This document shows positions 1 through 16,256 of a stretch of 64,000 nt of DNA, one piece after another. Within the stretch, counting starts at the first letter, position 1. The number at the start of each line of letters is the position of its first letter. The notes under the pieces are model-generated. The model worked only from the letters and a program-made list of their open reading frames with translations. It had not been told where the DNA came from and did not search any database. The position numbers and the translations under genes were made by a program. Origin of the DNA: Eledone cirrhosa. Its lineage: Eukaryota. The stretch covers positions 201,934,001 to 201,998,000 of the forward strand of contig OZ024741.1 of NCBI GenBank assembly GCA_964016885.1, given 5' to 3'.

Positions 1-2680
1 TCAGGTTATTTTCAGTAATAACAACCAAACACTTCTCCTCACTATAATAACCTTCCAAACAAGGCGGTGAAAATATCTTAGCTTTATCAGAAACTGTCAG
101 ATCCTGCAGATATAATGTAGAAGAAAACATTTCACTGACACAGATGTTTCTAGAAAATACATCTACCATGTCAATAAACATGTTAGACTGTTTCTTTGTC
201 ACCAGATATACCATCACAGAGTTATGCTTATTTATAGCCAACACACCATCTTTGTCTATCAGATAATGACAAGTTTTATCAATACATCCACCATATAGAT
301 CAGAAAGTGGTAAAATAAGGCTGAAATCCCTTGAAATACCTCGTTGACCCTTTTTTGATATAGTTTTGTACATAAATATATTTTTCTTAGCCACCATAAA
401 TATATTTAATGTATCATTGTCTATTGCTAATGACTTTATTTGACATGGGATAGGGACCCTAGAAATTACTTCACCCAGGTTATGTTTTTGAACAGATACA
501 ATGTCTATATAGTTTGGTTTGTTGTCACAATAACCAACAATTCTACCTTCACCAAACTTCCGTATCTGTACATAAGGGTGGTTTAATGATATAATTCTAA
601 CTGTTTTTGATAGGTTTCCAATAAGCCTTAATTCTTTCTCTAGGGGTAATGTGACAGCCAATTGACTAGAACCCCATCTACATATATCTGTAGCTACAGA
701 TGGCAGATATAATGTAGATAGCACTTTTATTTCTTCTCCTTCTTTCTTAGAAATGTATAATAAGCAAGAATTATTTATGTCAGACACCACCAACTGTCCG
801 TTGGGTAGATAACATATTTCAGCAATCGCAATTTTATTATCATCCTTTTCTTTGTGTCGTATCGTTGGATTTCTGATATAAGGATTTAACTTTTTTAAAT
901 GACAAATGGATGATTCACAGTTATAAACAAGAATACTCCCTAGTTTATAGTCAAATAAATATATAGTTCCTTCACAAATACCATTACGAAAGCGAGAAGC
1001 TACCGGAAGTTTTAATTTCCATTTATATTCTCCATAAATATCATAACATGCCATAATAGAGAGTGTAGGGAAGATAACATACAAGTAAAAACTGTCTGCG
1101 TAGATATGATAGGGACGGCTGTTAAAATCAAAATATGTTTCAAAAAGTTCTTCTTCGCCGAAACTAGAATGAAATATTAATTTACGATACTTCTTATCTA
1201 AAATAACAAAATAAATTGTAGTTGTAGCTATACTGACATCACCATGTTCTAATGATTTTAGTTTTTCATATTCTACCTTGTTTTCCTCAATCTTTAATTT
1301 ATGGAGCTCATTCATTCCACAAGTGGTCAAAGCCATAAACCTATCTAATACCACATGACATATTTGAATGTAATTCTTTTTTAAAGAAAAGAGTTTACCT
1401 TTTTTTAGTTCAGGACATGTAATATATTGTATATTTTGTATATTTCTAGTTTTATTGAATAGAACCAGAAATTTGCTGGAGTCTATTCTGCAAAATCTAG
1501 ATGGTTGGGAATTAAATGTTAATTCCTCACCTTTACAAAATTCTGTCCCTCTGTAAGTGTATAATGTCCCACTGTAAGTGTATAATGGGTTTAGATTCCT
1601 ATATACAACTAATACAGAAGATTGTGACATAGGCAGAATCTTATCTATGTTGTTGAGATATTCTATATAAATTTGATCATTCAGACAGGGTGTTGGAATC
1701 TTTTGAAAATAAGACATCTTTGGCCAAAATTTTTTTGTCTTAAAACTATGTATCTGACCAGAAACGTCAGATACTAACATGCTATTTCTGTCAAACCAAG
1801 CATATCGAACATTTATCCCAATATCTTTTTGAGACACACCACCTATTGAGGAGACCTTATAAATAACATGTCCTTGAAAGACATAAAAATAATTCCGGAA
1901 CACAGTGATGCCAGCAGGAATGTCTATAGAATGGAGGTGAAATTGAAATAATTTATGACCATTCAGATCATAACAAATGATAAAAGTAAAATTATAAAAT
2001 ATTACTAAAACACGATCTTCTGGTCCTATAGCTATATCTCTAGGATTATGTTTCACCTCAAATTGCTTAATATATGTATTATCAACCCAATTTACCATAT
2101 AGATTGTTTTTTCTAATAGTTTAATACCTATGAAATTACTACCCTTAAAATATGAAATTTTATGAAAACCATATTCAAGAGTTTTTATTTCAACACTAGA
2201 GGGCGAGAAGAATAAAATTTGGTTTCGAAATGGTAATGTGGCAATTACCGTATTTTGCTTAAACCTATCAATATCAGTGACCACTGATGAAAAGTGTACC
2301 ATACAACAAGGACCAGTTGGTGGTGTATATTTTAATGTCAATATTCGAGGGATATAGGACATGGTACCATTGTTTATAGGAATAATAAATGTTACCGGCA
2401 AAGCGATATCATCTACAAGGTCTACATTATTATCTATTTTAGGGTTTCCATTTTGTAAAGTAGGAACATGTATATTCTGCTTTTGTAGATCAATTTCTTT
2501 TTCTAATTCTACATTACTAAAAATGTCCACTCCCATACTAGGAATATTAACTGAACATTGACACATTTTCACTATCGTAGATTCAATACTACTAACTTCA
2601 ATTTCAGTCACTGGAAGTAACTTTTCATCCCCTCCATGTACTGTTTCTATTTCTACTATACTTATCTTGGTATCCTCCAT
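1..2680 (-). CDS. Second copy (N-terminal ~893 codons, runs off the window edge) of the 1675-aa propeller-repeat gene
   Basis: Matches 53479..56158 at offset 53478, ATG at 2680. One difference seen: 2577 G vs 56055 A (M35T). Confidence 0.85.
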   Translation of the reverse strand, partial: MEDTKISIVEIETVHGGDEKLLPVTEIEVSSIESTIVKMCQCSVNIPSMGVDIFSNVELEKEIDLQKQNIHVPTLQNGNPKIDNNVDLVDDIALPVTFIIPINNGTMSYIPRILTLKYTPPTGPCCMVHFSSVVTDIDRFKQNTVIATLPFRNQILFFSPSSVEIKTLEYGFHKISYFKGSNFIGIKLLEKTIYMVNWVDNTYIKQFEVKHNPRDIAIGPEDRVLVIFYNFTFIICYDLNGHKLFQFHLHSIDIPAGITVFRNYFYVFQGHVIYKVSSIGGVSQKDIGINVRYAWFDRNSMLVSDVSGQIHSFKTKKFWPKMSYFQKIPTPCLNDQIYIEYLNNIDKILPMSQSSVLVVYRNLNPLYTYSGTLYTYRGTEFCKGEELTFNSQPSRFCRIDSSKFLVLFNKTRNIQNIQYITCPELKKGKLFSLKKNYIQICHVVLDRFMALTTCGMNELHKLKIEENKVEYEKLKSLEHGDVSIATTTIYFVILDKKYRKLIFHSSFGEEELFETYFDFNSRPYHIYADSFYLYVIFPTLSIMACYDIYGEYKWKLKLPVASRFRNGICEGTIYLFDYKLGSILVYNCESSICHLKKLNPYIRNPTIRHKEKDDNKIAIAEICYLPNGQLVVSDINNSCLLYISKKEGEEIKVLSTLYLPSVATDICRWGSSQLAVTLPLEKELRLIGNLSKTVRIISLNHPYVQIRKFGEGRIVGYCDNKPNYIDIVSVQKHNLGEVISRVPIPCQIKSLAIDNDTLNIFMVAKKNIFMYKTISKKGQRGISRDFSLILPLSDLYGGCIDKTCHYLIDKDGVLAINKHNSVMVYLVTKKQSNMFIDMVDVFSRNICVSEMFSSTLYLQDLTVSDKAKIFSPPCLEGYYSEEKCLVVITENNL

Positions 2681-2988
2681 TGTTTATATCTAGTTACTAC
2701 AACTGCTTATATATCATATAATATAATGAAAATTATTGTCTACAGCGCTCAGGTCCACTACAATATATGTATGTGTGTGTGTGTGTTTTGGTGTGTAATG
2801 AGTGACGTGTATGTTGGTAACTAATGAGCTTCAATTCCAATTTTCAAGATTTCAAGTTTTCCAGATCAGTTTACCAATTTCCTACCAAATCTAAAATGAA
2901 ATAAAGGGAAAAGAAACATTGATTAGTTTTGTGAAAATATTAGTTTTTCAAGAGAATATCTTTTGTATGTATGTATGTATGGTCCAAT

Positions 2989-3027
<39 letters not shown>

Positions 3028-4511
3028 CTTGGGGAGGGTCATATTTGTGTAATATTGCCAGAATTAATAACAGAACACACTCACTGTATGGTTGGTTTTC
3101 GCTTCTCGCTTCTGTGTCTTTTATATCGGTAATCTATCTTACTCGGTCCTCAATGTTGCCATTGACTGACCGACGGTCAAAAATAATACAGATACAATAT
3201 AGACACAAACACATATATATAGTTTATCATAAATCTTTCGTTGCACATCTGCAACATCGTCAGTGGTGTTATATTTTCCTCCTGTTGTATTGTATGTCTA
3301 CGCCATTTTTATTCAGTCTGTCTATATATTTATTTATTTAATTGCTTGTTTGTTTATTTTATTTTGTCTTCTTTGCGCATGCGTTTGCGTGTGTGTATAG
3401 TGTTTTGTTTGCTGTGTGATGGGTGACTAGTGTGTGTTTATGTGCTTGTTGTTATTGTGCTTGTGTATGTATTTATTTATTTATTTATTTATTTATTTTA
3501 TTTTATTTACTTATTTATACTTCTCTTAGGTCAGTGTTGTTTGTTTGGGTGTTGTTGTTATTCCATTCATTCTTTTTGTTTAGCCTTGGTCTTCTAATTT
3601 CTATCTCACTGGCCTCTCTGATTTGCCTATCTGCTGCGTCATTTCTATGTTTAGATATTATTCTAATTTCTATGTTGTCTATGTTACCGTCATGTTGTTG
3701 TCTAGCATGTTCGTATAGTACTGACCCGTTTTTTCGTCCTTTTAGTTCCCCCCAATGTTGGTCTATTCTTTCACCTATGCTACGAGCTGTCTCACCTATG
3801 TATGTTGTTGTCATGTTTCTGCAAGTACCCTCTGTACATCTTATGCTATAGACTACGTTTCTAGTTTTACAGTTTATTCAGGGGTTCACCTTACATATGA
3901 TACATTTCCTATTGGTACAGTGGGTTTTCTTAAAAGGGTAGGTTTTGCTGATCAGGGATTTTATGGTGGTTCCTGGCTTTTCTACCACCTTTATTTTTAA
4001 GTGGGTCTTTCTCAGGGCCTTTCTACACTGGTTAGCTAATTTCCCTCCAGGGGTAGCGTCCACAAACATGAGACTCTGGTATCTCTGGTGGCTTTCCCTA
4101 TCTTATGTCTAGCCCTATCTAAGCTATTCCATGATTTGCTCCTGTATAATGGGCAAATTCCTTTCATGTCCAGTTCTATGAGGGTCTTATACTTTTCCAT
4201 GGCTCCTTCGTATACTCTGACTCTGTCTCTTTGGTTGTAGCCAGAGAACTGCATGCGGTTGATGAAGTGTTGGATGTGTCTTTCCATTTCTGTTGGGTCG
4301 CACATGCGGGACACATTCTTCATCACTCGTACCAAATCAGCGATCAGAATATTAAACTTAGCACTACTGAGTTTTTGAGTGTCAGGTATTTGGTGGCCAT
4401 GGGTTTAGCATAGTGTGGTGGAGAATTTGGGCTCTCTCGTCTATAGTGTTAATCCAGAGTTCTGTGTCTAATACAGGTAGTCTATTGTTAGGGTGTTTGG
4501 AAGGGAAGTCG
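3028..4511 (-). mobile_element. 5'-truncated, frameshifted Penelope-like element (RT C-terminus plus GIY-YIG endonuclease)
   Basis: YIGETARSIGERIDQH...HARQQH...RQIREASEI...PRLN (GIY-YIG); RMQFSGY and FVDATPGGKLA; DFPSKHPNNRLPVLD at the 5' edge; flanked by (TA)n. Confidence 0.85.
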
Positions 4512-4580
4512 ATATATATATATATATATATGTATTATAAATATTATATATATATATAATATACATATATATATATATAT

Positions 4581-5129
4581 CGAGACCTTTGGCGGTACTC
4601 AGTAACAGAGAAGACCCGCCTTACCTAAATACAAAGTAAAACCTACTAGTCGGTAGGCATCTCTAACAAAATACACCCCCGTCCCACCCCAACCGCACCG
4701 CCCCCTTCAATGCAAAGTTATGTTGGTGCCACAACATCCAGGCCGAAACAAATGAGATCGTGTAGGTGTCACGACAAAAAAAACACAGTCCACGCTGTAA
4801 TGTGGCCGTGTAGGCAACACGGTAAAAACCTCTCAGTCCCACACTGTAAATGTGGTTGGTGTTAGGAAGGGCATCCAGCTGTAGAAAACACGCCAGACAG
4901 TCCACGCTGTAATGTGGGCGTGTAGGCAACACGGTAAAAACCACCCAGCCCCACACTGTAAATGTGGTTGGTGTTAGGAAGGGCATCCAGCTGTAGAAAA
5001 CCCGCCAGATAGTCCTATGCGAGCAAGACAACCTCTTGCCTCAAGTGGGAAAACCCCCGTCCAAACACATGCAAGCGTGGAACAGGGACGTGGAACAGGG
5101 ACGTTAAACGATGATGATGATGATGATGA

Positions 5130-5131
<2 letters not shown>
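4581..5131 (+). mobile_element. RTE 3' end/3'UTR fragment with (GAT)n tail and an internal ~115-bp tandem duplication
   Basis: Matches the 3' end of the RTE at 9369..9817; contains GGTTGGTGTTAGGAAGGGCATCCAG twice. Duplicate at ~58067..58619. Confidence 0.8.
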
Positions 5132-5204
<73 letters not shown>

Positions 5205-5387
5205 TTATAACTATATATATATATTATAAATATTATAACTATATATATATATTATAAATATTATAAATATATATATATATTATAAATATTATAAATATAT
5301 ATATATATTATATATATATAAATATATATATATATATAAAGAACTGACTAACTGCCTGATGAGGTCATAGCCACACACACACACACA

Positions 5388-5650
5388 CTGCAAAGTGGTT
5401 GTGGAGGTGCCACGGCAAAAAAAGCACCCAGCCCACACTGTAAAGTGGATGTGTAGGTGTCACGGAAAAAAGCACCCCCCTCTCACTGTAAATGAGGTTG
5501 GTATTAAGAAGGGCATCCAGCTGTAGGAATCAAGCCAAAATCAGTCCCTGTATGAGCAAGACAAAGTCAGCCGACTGGACACTGCTCACAACAGGACAAT
5601 CCGTCTAACCCATGCTAGCGTGGAAGAACGAACGTAAAATGATGATGATA
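5388..5650 (+). mobile_element. RTE-type 3'UTR fragment with (GAT)n tail
   Basis: GGTTGGTATTAAGAAGGGCATCCAGCTGTAG...CATGCTAGCGTGGAAGAACGAACGTAAAATGATGATG. Confidence 0.7.
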
Positions 5651-5658
5651 TATATATA

Positions 5659-5695
<37 letters not shown>

Positions 5696-5705
5696 TAATA
5701 TTATA

Positions 5706-5736
<31 letters not shown>

Positions 5737-6289
5737 CGATTGGTAGCTGCTACACTGCAGCTACAACTTCGTATTAAGAGAGGGGCTAAGACATGGGAGG
5801 AATTTGAGGAATAAGTGGGAATTGGACTTCTGATCATCAAACAAAATATTCTGGCAGACCATCTGCTGATTTTGTAATAAAGAGTCCTTCTCCACACCTG
5901 CTCCGCAGAGAGGAGAGTCCTTGATTGGTCAGTAACGAATAAAAGTTACTGTCCTCCTCCTACAGATCAACTCAATAAATAAGTTAACTGGGAGGAAACA
6001 TAGTGATAATCACTGAGGATGTCACAGAAATGTGTGACGAAAGAACTTTAAGAAATTACATTTATATTTATAGTTTTAATTTGGCCAATCAATGATAAAC
6101 ATTGATTGCCAGGTAATTATTTATAAAAATAAAAAAAGAAGTACTGAAACTGAACTGAAAACCAAACCAAACAATGAATGCGTTTTATTATTTTTTGGCA
6201 ATATTTGGACATCACCCTCACTAAATATAACAATATCTGTTTCAACACACGATTTCATATAAAAAACCTTGCAAAACAATATATAAGAG

Positions 6290-8258
6290 AGAAGCTAGAC
6301 GTCAGGTGTACTTAGCATGCAGGGAAGCAGAGAGTAGGAGGTTTGCCAATGTTCTACGATGGGAAGATCAGAGACGTGTGGTGTTCCACATTGCAAGGCA
6401 ATGTGTCAGTGCAAATCAGGATGTTGTTGGCGATAAGTGTGTCCGGAATGATCAAAAGAAGGAGGCCTGTAAATGTCATTATGAGAGACTGATGAATGTA
6501 GAGAACGAATGGGACAGAGAGGAATTACCCCCAGTAGACCCGACAGAGGGACCAGCTATTGAGATTGATGAATATAGGGTACAAGAGGAAATTAAGGAAA
6601 TGAAGAATGGTAAGGCTGCTGGACCGTCGGGGATAATTGCTGAGATGCTGAAGGCATCAGGAGAAGTAGGCACTAAACTAGTTGTACGCATCATTAATCA
6701 AGTTATATATGGTGGTGTCATACCCAAAGACTGGTGCAGCAGTATTCTCATAAATTGCTACAAAGGTAAAGTGGATGCTCTAGAGAGGAGCAATTATAGG
6801 GGCATAAAGCTGATGGATCAGGTTATGAAAGTGGCAGAGAGAATATTAGTGCAACTGATTAGAGAAAGGGTCAATTTAGATGAGATGCAGTTGGTTTTGT
6901 GCCTCGGAAAAGTACAACAGATGCCCTCTTCTTAGTGAGGCAACTACAAGAGAGGTTCTTAGAGAAGAATAAGCCACTATACTTAGCTTTTGTTGACCTA
7001 GAGAAGGCCTTTGATAGGGTACCCCTATCTGTCATCTGGTGGTCCCTATGGAAACTAGGTGTAGAGGAATGGCTTATGAGGACAGTGCAAGCTATTTACA
7101 GGGGTACTGTCAGTAAAGTGAGAATAGGAATGGAGTTTAGTGAGGAATTTCAGATACAAGTAGGTGTACATCAAGGTTCGGTCCTAAGCCCACTCTTGTT
7201 CATTATTGTCCTCCAAGCCACAACAGAGGAGTTTAAGACTGGATTCCCGTGGGAACTTCTCTATGCTGATGATCTGGTTCTTATAGCAGAATCGGTAGAG
7301 GAACTAGAGAATAAATTCTGGCTATGGAAACAGCAGTTCGAATCAAGAGTCCTGAGAGTGAACATAGCTAAAAGAAAAGTGTTGATAAGTAGAAGAGAGG
7401 ACAATACTCTGATTCCATCAGGGAAACGGCGATGTTCGATATGTAGGAAAGGAACTGGCATACATTCCATAAAATGCATGCAATGCAGATCATGGGTACA
7501 CAAGAGATGTAGTGGGATAGCAGGAAAACTAACAGGTAGGGAAAACTACTTATGCAGTAGATCTACAGGGAAAGTTGGCAGTAGTAATCGCTGTGATAGA
7601 CTCATTTTTCCAATGCAGGTGGGTTCTATAGAAGTGGTTGATAGCTTCTGGTACCTAGATGAACAGATTAGAATGGGAGGGGGATGGGAGTGTTCCGAAG
7701 CCATAGTATCTAGAATAAGGACGGGTTGGAAGAAGTTTAGGGAGCTGCTGCCTCTGTTACAAAGAAGGGTTTCTCCCTGCATACGAAATGACAGTTATAT
7801 GATGCCTGTGTGAGATGCACGATGCTGTATGGTAGTGAGACATGGGCAGCAACTGCAGAAGATATGCGATGGCTGGAGAGAAATGAAGCAAGTATGCGCC
7901 ATTGGATGTGCAATGTCAATGTGCGTGAATGACCAAGCATAGACGAGTTGAGAAAGAAACTGGGTATAAGAGGGATAAGTTGTGGTGTGCAGGAGAGAAG
8001 ACTGAGATGGTATGAACATGTGATGTGCATGGAGGATGACCGCTGGGTAAAGAAGTGCCAGGAAGTCCCAGTGGAGGGAAGACTCAGTAGAGGTAGACCA
8101 CGAAAAACATGGGTGGAGGTGGTGAGAGCAGATCTCAGATCGCTGAAACTCACCGAGGAGATGACGAAGGACCGTGACAAGTGGAGAGATGATGTGCTGA
8201 ATAAGACCCGCCCAACCCTTGCAAGCAGGGGAAAGCGGGCGTAAAATGATGATGATGA
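6290..8258 (+). mobile_element. 5'-truncated RTE-clade LINE (frameshifted RT) with PHD-like Cys/His insert and (GAT)n tail
   Basis: MKNGKAAGPSG, NYRGIKL, FVDLEKAFDRVP, GVHQGSVLSP, LLYADDLVL, RRLRWYEHV, RGRPRKTW. Duplicate at ~59769..61740. Confidence 0.93.
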
Positions 8259-8362
8259 TATATATATATATATGTATATATATATGTATATATATATATT
8301 ATTCAAAATGTTAACAAATGAAAAATATTCGCATAATCAAAATATATACTTTATTATATATT

Positions 8363-9817
8363 GTTCATCAGGGCTCTGTTCTTAGCCCCCTACTATTTAT
8401 TATTGCCCTCCAGGCTATAACAGTGGAGTTCAAGACCGGCTGTCCATGGGAACTCCTATACGCAGACGATCTAACGCTCATAGCTGAATCAATGGCCGAG
8501 CTAGAGAAGAAATTCCAAACATGGAAGCACGGCCTAGAATCAAAAGGCCTTAAAATTAACCTGGCTAAGACTAAAGTTCTAGCTTGTAAGAAAGAAAATA
8601 AGGCGGCGGTCCCCTCCGGGAAGTGGCCATGCGCAGAGTGTAGGAAAGGCGTAGGTAGAAATTCAATTTTGTGTCCCAAATGCAAAGTTTGTGTGCATAA
8701 AAGATGTAGTGGGATCACAGGTAAGCTAACTAAGAACATAGATTTTACATGTGGCCGGTGTTCTGGGGCAATAAGTAGCAGCAAGTGCCCACAAAATACT
8801 AGCTCTTTCAACTGCGCAGAGGGTTCTATAGAAATAGTGGACAGCTTCCGTTACCTGGGTGACAAAATAAGCAGTGGGGGAGGGTGCTCTGAAAGTACAG
8901 TAGCTAGAGTCAGAACTGGGTGGAAAAAGTTCAGAGAGCTTATACCACTATTAGCCGCTAAAGGGTTCTCCCTAAAAATGAAAGGCAGGCTGTACGATGC
9001 CTGCATACGAACAGCAATGTTGCATGGCAGTGAGACCTGGACATTGTGTGCAGAGGATATACGCAGACTAGAGAGAAACGAAGCTTGCATGCTCCGCTGG
9101 ATGTGTAATAGTAATATACGTGAACGACAAAGCATAAACGAACTAAGGAAAAAATTAGAAATAAGAGGGATCAGATGTTGTTTACTAGAGAGAAGGCTAC
9201 GTTGGTATGGTCACGTGATGCGCATGAAGGACGATAGCTGTATAACAAAGTGCAGGGCAATAAAGATAGACGGTAGCCACGGAATAGGCAGACCCAGAAA
9301 AACCTGGGACGAGCTGATAAACTCCGACCTCACACACTTACACCTCACCAAGACAATGTCACTGGACCGAGACCTTTGGCGGTACTCAGTAATAGAGAAG
9401 ACCCGCCTTACCTAAACACAAAGTAAAACCTACTAGTCAGTAGGCATCTCTAACAAAATACACCCCCGTCCCACCCCCCCCCCCCCACCCCATCCACACC
9501 GCCCCCTTCTATGTAAAGTTATGTTGGTGCCACACCATCCAGGCCGAAACAAATGAGATCGTGTAGGTGTCACGACAAAAAAACACACAGTCCACGCTGT
9601 AATGTGGCCGTGTAAGCAACACGGTAAAAACCTCCCAGACCCACACTGTAAATGTGGTTGGTGTTAGGAAGGGCATCCAACTGTAGAAAACCTGCTAGAC
9701 AGTCCTATGCGAGCAAGACAATCACTCTTGCCTCAAGTGGGAAAACCCCCGTCCAAACCCATGCAAGCGTGGAACACGGACGTTAAACGTTGATGATGAT
9801 GATGATGATGATGATGA
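8363..9817 (+). mobile_element. 5'-truncated RTE LINE of a second subfamily; open frame to stop at 9415, then 3'UTR and (GAT)n tail
   Basis: VHQGSVLSP, YADD, FRYLG, MLHGSETW, RRLRWYGHV, GRPRKTW. Confidence 0.93.
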
Positions 9818-10230
9818 TTTCAAAGGTACTGTGCTGTTTTTTTCAGTACGTCCTCATCAGACAAAATATATGATTTGATATATGCTACGGTCTTGATTAT
9901 TCAATTCCCGTATTGGCAGTTTATTATTCAATTCCCGTACTTGATTATTCAATTCCCGTACTGCCAATACGGGAATTGAATAATCAAGACCGTAGCGGTA
10001 TGTCATATATCAAATCATATAGTTTGTCTGATGAGGACGTACTGAAAAAAACAGCACAGTACCTTTGAAATATATATAATAGAGTATATATTTTGATTAT
10101 GTGAATATTTTTTACTTGTTAACATTTTGAATAATATTAAAAACTCCAGGAAAACCTAGTGTTGAGTGCTTCTAATCTATTGTAAAACTGTATTCGTTGA
10201 GTAATCAACAAACCATATTAATCTTTGGTC
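9817..10230. mobile_element. Palindromic non-coding element with a hammerhead motif in each arm (Penelope pLTR-derived, inferred)
   Basis: 9817..~9920 is the reverse complement of ~9960..10071; centre has three TTATTCAATTCCCGTA copies; the right end matches the element end at 43650..43764. Duplicate at ~63273..63688. Confidence 0.75.
10017..10089 (+). ncRNA. Minimal type-I hammerhead ribozyme motif
   Basis: ATATAGTTTGT-CTGATGA-GGAcGTACTG..CAGTACcTTT-GAAA-T-ATAT-A-TA/ATAGAGTATAT. Stem II closes with G-U pairs. Duplicate 63475..63547. Confidence 0.7.
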
Positions 10231-10296
10231 ATATGTATATATATATATATATTACTTCAAAATATTAATAAATATAGACATTCATGTGATCAAATA

Positions 10297-10362
10297 TATT
10301 TTATTATATATATTTCAGAGGTACTGAGCTGTTTCATCAGTACGTCCTCATCAGATAAAATA
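10297..10362 (-). ncRNA. Minimal type-I hammerhead ribozyme motif
   Basis: Minus: TATTTTAT-CTGATGA-GGAcGTACTGA..TCAGTACcTCT-GAAA-T-ATAT-A-TA/ATAAAATA; perfect 8-bp stem I. Duplicate 63755..63820. Confidence 0.8.
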
Positions 10363-10479
10363 AATTTATGTCTGACGTACCTCAACTGTGCTGATGGTTC
10401 AATTCCAGTTTTGGAATATATATTTTGTGTATACATATATACACACACACATATATATGTGTGCTACACACAAATACTT

Positions 10480-10950
10480 GGGGAGCAAGCATGCCTGCAT
10501 GCTTGGTCCCCAGGTATTCGTGTGTGGCTTTCAGGTGGGGTTTGGAGAATGCAGATGGTGTACTTCTGGTTCAACCAGGCCTCAGTCAGGACAGGATTGA
10601 TGCAGAGCTAGGAATTCAATTTTGTCTTAGCTCACATTGATAACCTCGGACTTGATCTCCAATCCTAGGTACCTTATGGCAGGGATGACCCACTGGAGGT
10701 CCTCAGCAACAGATTCTATCAAGCCTGCTAGAGTCGCATCATCCATGTTTCTATTTCGGAGGAAGTGTGATGTGTAACATCCCGTCAAATGCCAGATTAC
10801 TATAGTGAAGGCCAACAGAAAAAAAGCAAAGTGATCTGAAGAAAGTGAAGAAGCTCGACAGATCCCCTCTAGTTGCTAACTTGAGGCAGACAACCCCTTG
10901 GTACGACCACAGGAATTGGTAGCAGAAAGACATTTGGATGAAAAAGCACA
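10480..10950 (-). mobile_element. Decayed non-LTR RT fragment, CRE-like
   Basis: MDDATLAG...VAEDLQWV...LGLEI plus a degenerate upstream QGD-like motif. Confidence 0.5.
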
Positions 10951-11011
10951 CTAAGCTAATATATGAATTTCATACATTAAGATGGAAGGAATTGGACACA
11001 CCCAATAAAAT

Positions 11012-11587
11012 TTAATCCTTTTATATATAAACCGGCCGTAACCGGCCAGAATTCTCTCATCTCTTTCTGTTCAAACCAGCTGTAACCAGCCCTGCATACT
11101 GATGTTAAGGTATTGTTCACAAAATAAATAACATGAAAATCTCATAGATTCGATATTATGTGAGATAAAGCCTTTACTGTGAAAATACAATAGTATATAT
11201 AGAGTAATGTAAATGTTATGTAAGATATTATGTGAGGTAAAGCCTTTACTGTGAAAATACAATAGTATATATAGAGTAATGTAAATGTTATGTAAGATAT
11301 TATGTGAGGTAAAGCCTTTACTGTGAAAATACAACAGTATATATAGAGTAATGTAAATGTTATGTGAGATATTATGTGAGGTAAAGCCTTTACTGTGAAA
11401 ATACAATAGTATATATAGAGTAATGTAAATGTTATGTGAGATATTATATGAGGTAAAGCCTTTACTGTAAAAATACAATAGTATATATAGAGTAATGTAA
11501 ATGTTATGTGAGATATTAAATGAGGTAAAGCCTTTACTGTGAAAATACAATAGTATATATAGAGCAATGTAAATACTAAAGGGTTAA
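11012..11587. mobile_element. piggyBac-like MITE containing a 72-bp tandem array (about 6 copies, 11152..11575)
   Basis: Ends TTAATCCTTT...AAAGGGTTAA. A single-copy version of the unit follows TTAACCCTTTAGC at 29580..29650. Confidence 0.65.
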
Positions 11588-11852
11588 TATAAATGTGTTA
11601 GTATTTTTGATTAATTAAAAGTTTTATAAGAATATTTACCTCAATCAAGGAAATGTTTTTTCTCAGTTCTTAGAAATGGCTTGTTGAATCACAGAAAACA
11701 GCAGCTAAAGAACTTCAGTTCATACAGGCAGAGAAATGAAAGCTTTCGTCAAGTGTCTCCTTTATATAATAAACCAGGCCAGATATTTGATAAACTTTCT
11801 GGGTTAATCATTGGCTAAACCATTGATTAAGCCATATATATATATATGTGTA

Positions 11853-11893
<41 letters not shown>

Positions 11894-11937
11894 ATATATA
11901 TATGTATATATATATGTATATATATATATGTATATAT

Positions 11938-11974
<37 letters not shown>

Positions 11975-12229
11975 CATAGAATAATGTACAAATGTCAAGA
12001 ACTAGAATAGCGTACGAGTCATGATCCACAGACACACATCTCCTTCTGTCTTCTCCTCCTCCTCCTCCTGTCTTCTATACACACCCACCACATATTACAT
12101 TGACAACGCAGGTTTCATATAATACTACCCTTGGTTATTATTGACCAATCACTGATTCGCAGAAAAATCACCTGAGAATGGGGGGCAGGGTTTCTGAGAA
12201 TCTGTCTTTTATCTAAGTTCATAGGTCAG

Positions 12230-16256
<4,027 letters not shown>

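Larger units (their letters stand above)
1..10536 (+). repeat. Segmental duplication, copy A
   Basis: Near-identical to 53479..64000; differs by scattered SNPs, microsatellite lengths and small indels. Confidence 0.97.

Noticed and set aside
2361-2824. Short plus-strand ORFs
   Set aside because: Antisense shadows of the long minus-strand ORF; likewise the antisense ORFs over the RTE, Penelope and Gypsy elements.
3235-3270. Hammerhead core on minus strand (CTGACGA-t-GTTGCA..TGCAAC-GAAA) in the Penelope 3' region
   Set aside because: Stem II is good and the position is plausible, but no convincing stem III, NUH triplet or stem I partner was found.
5355-5373. CTGATGAGGTCATAGCC partial hammerhead
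   Set aside because: Truncated by (CA)n before GAAA.
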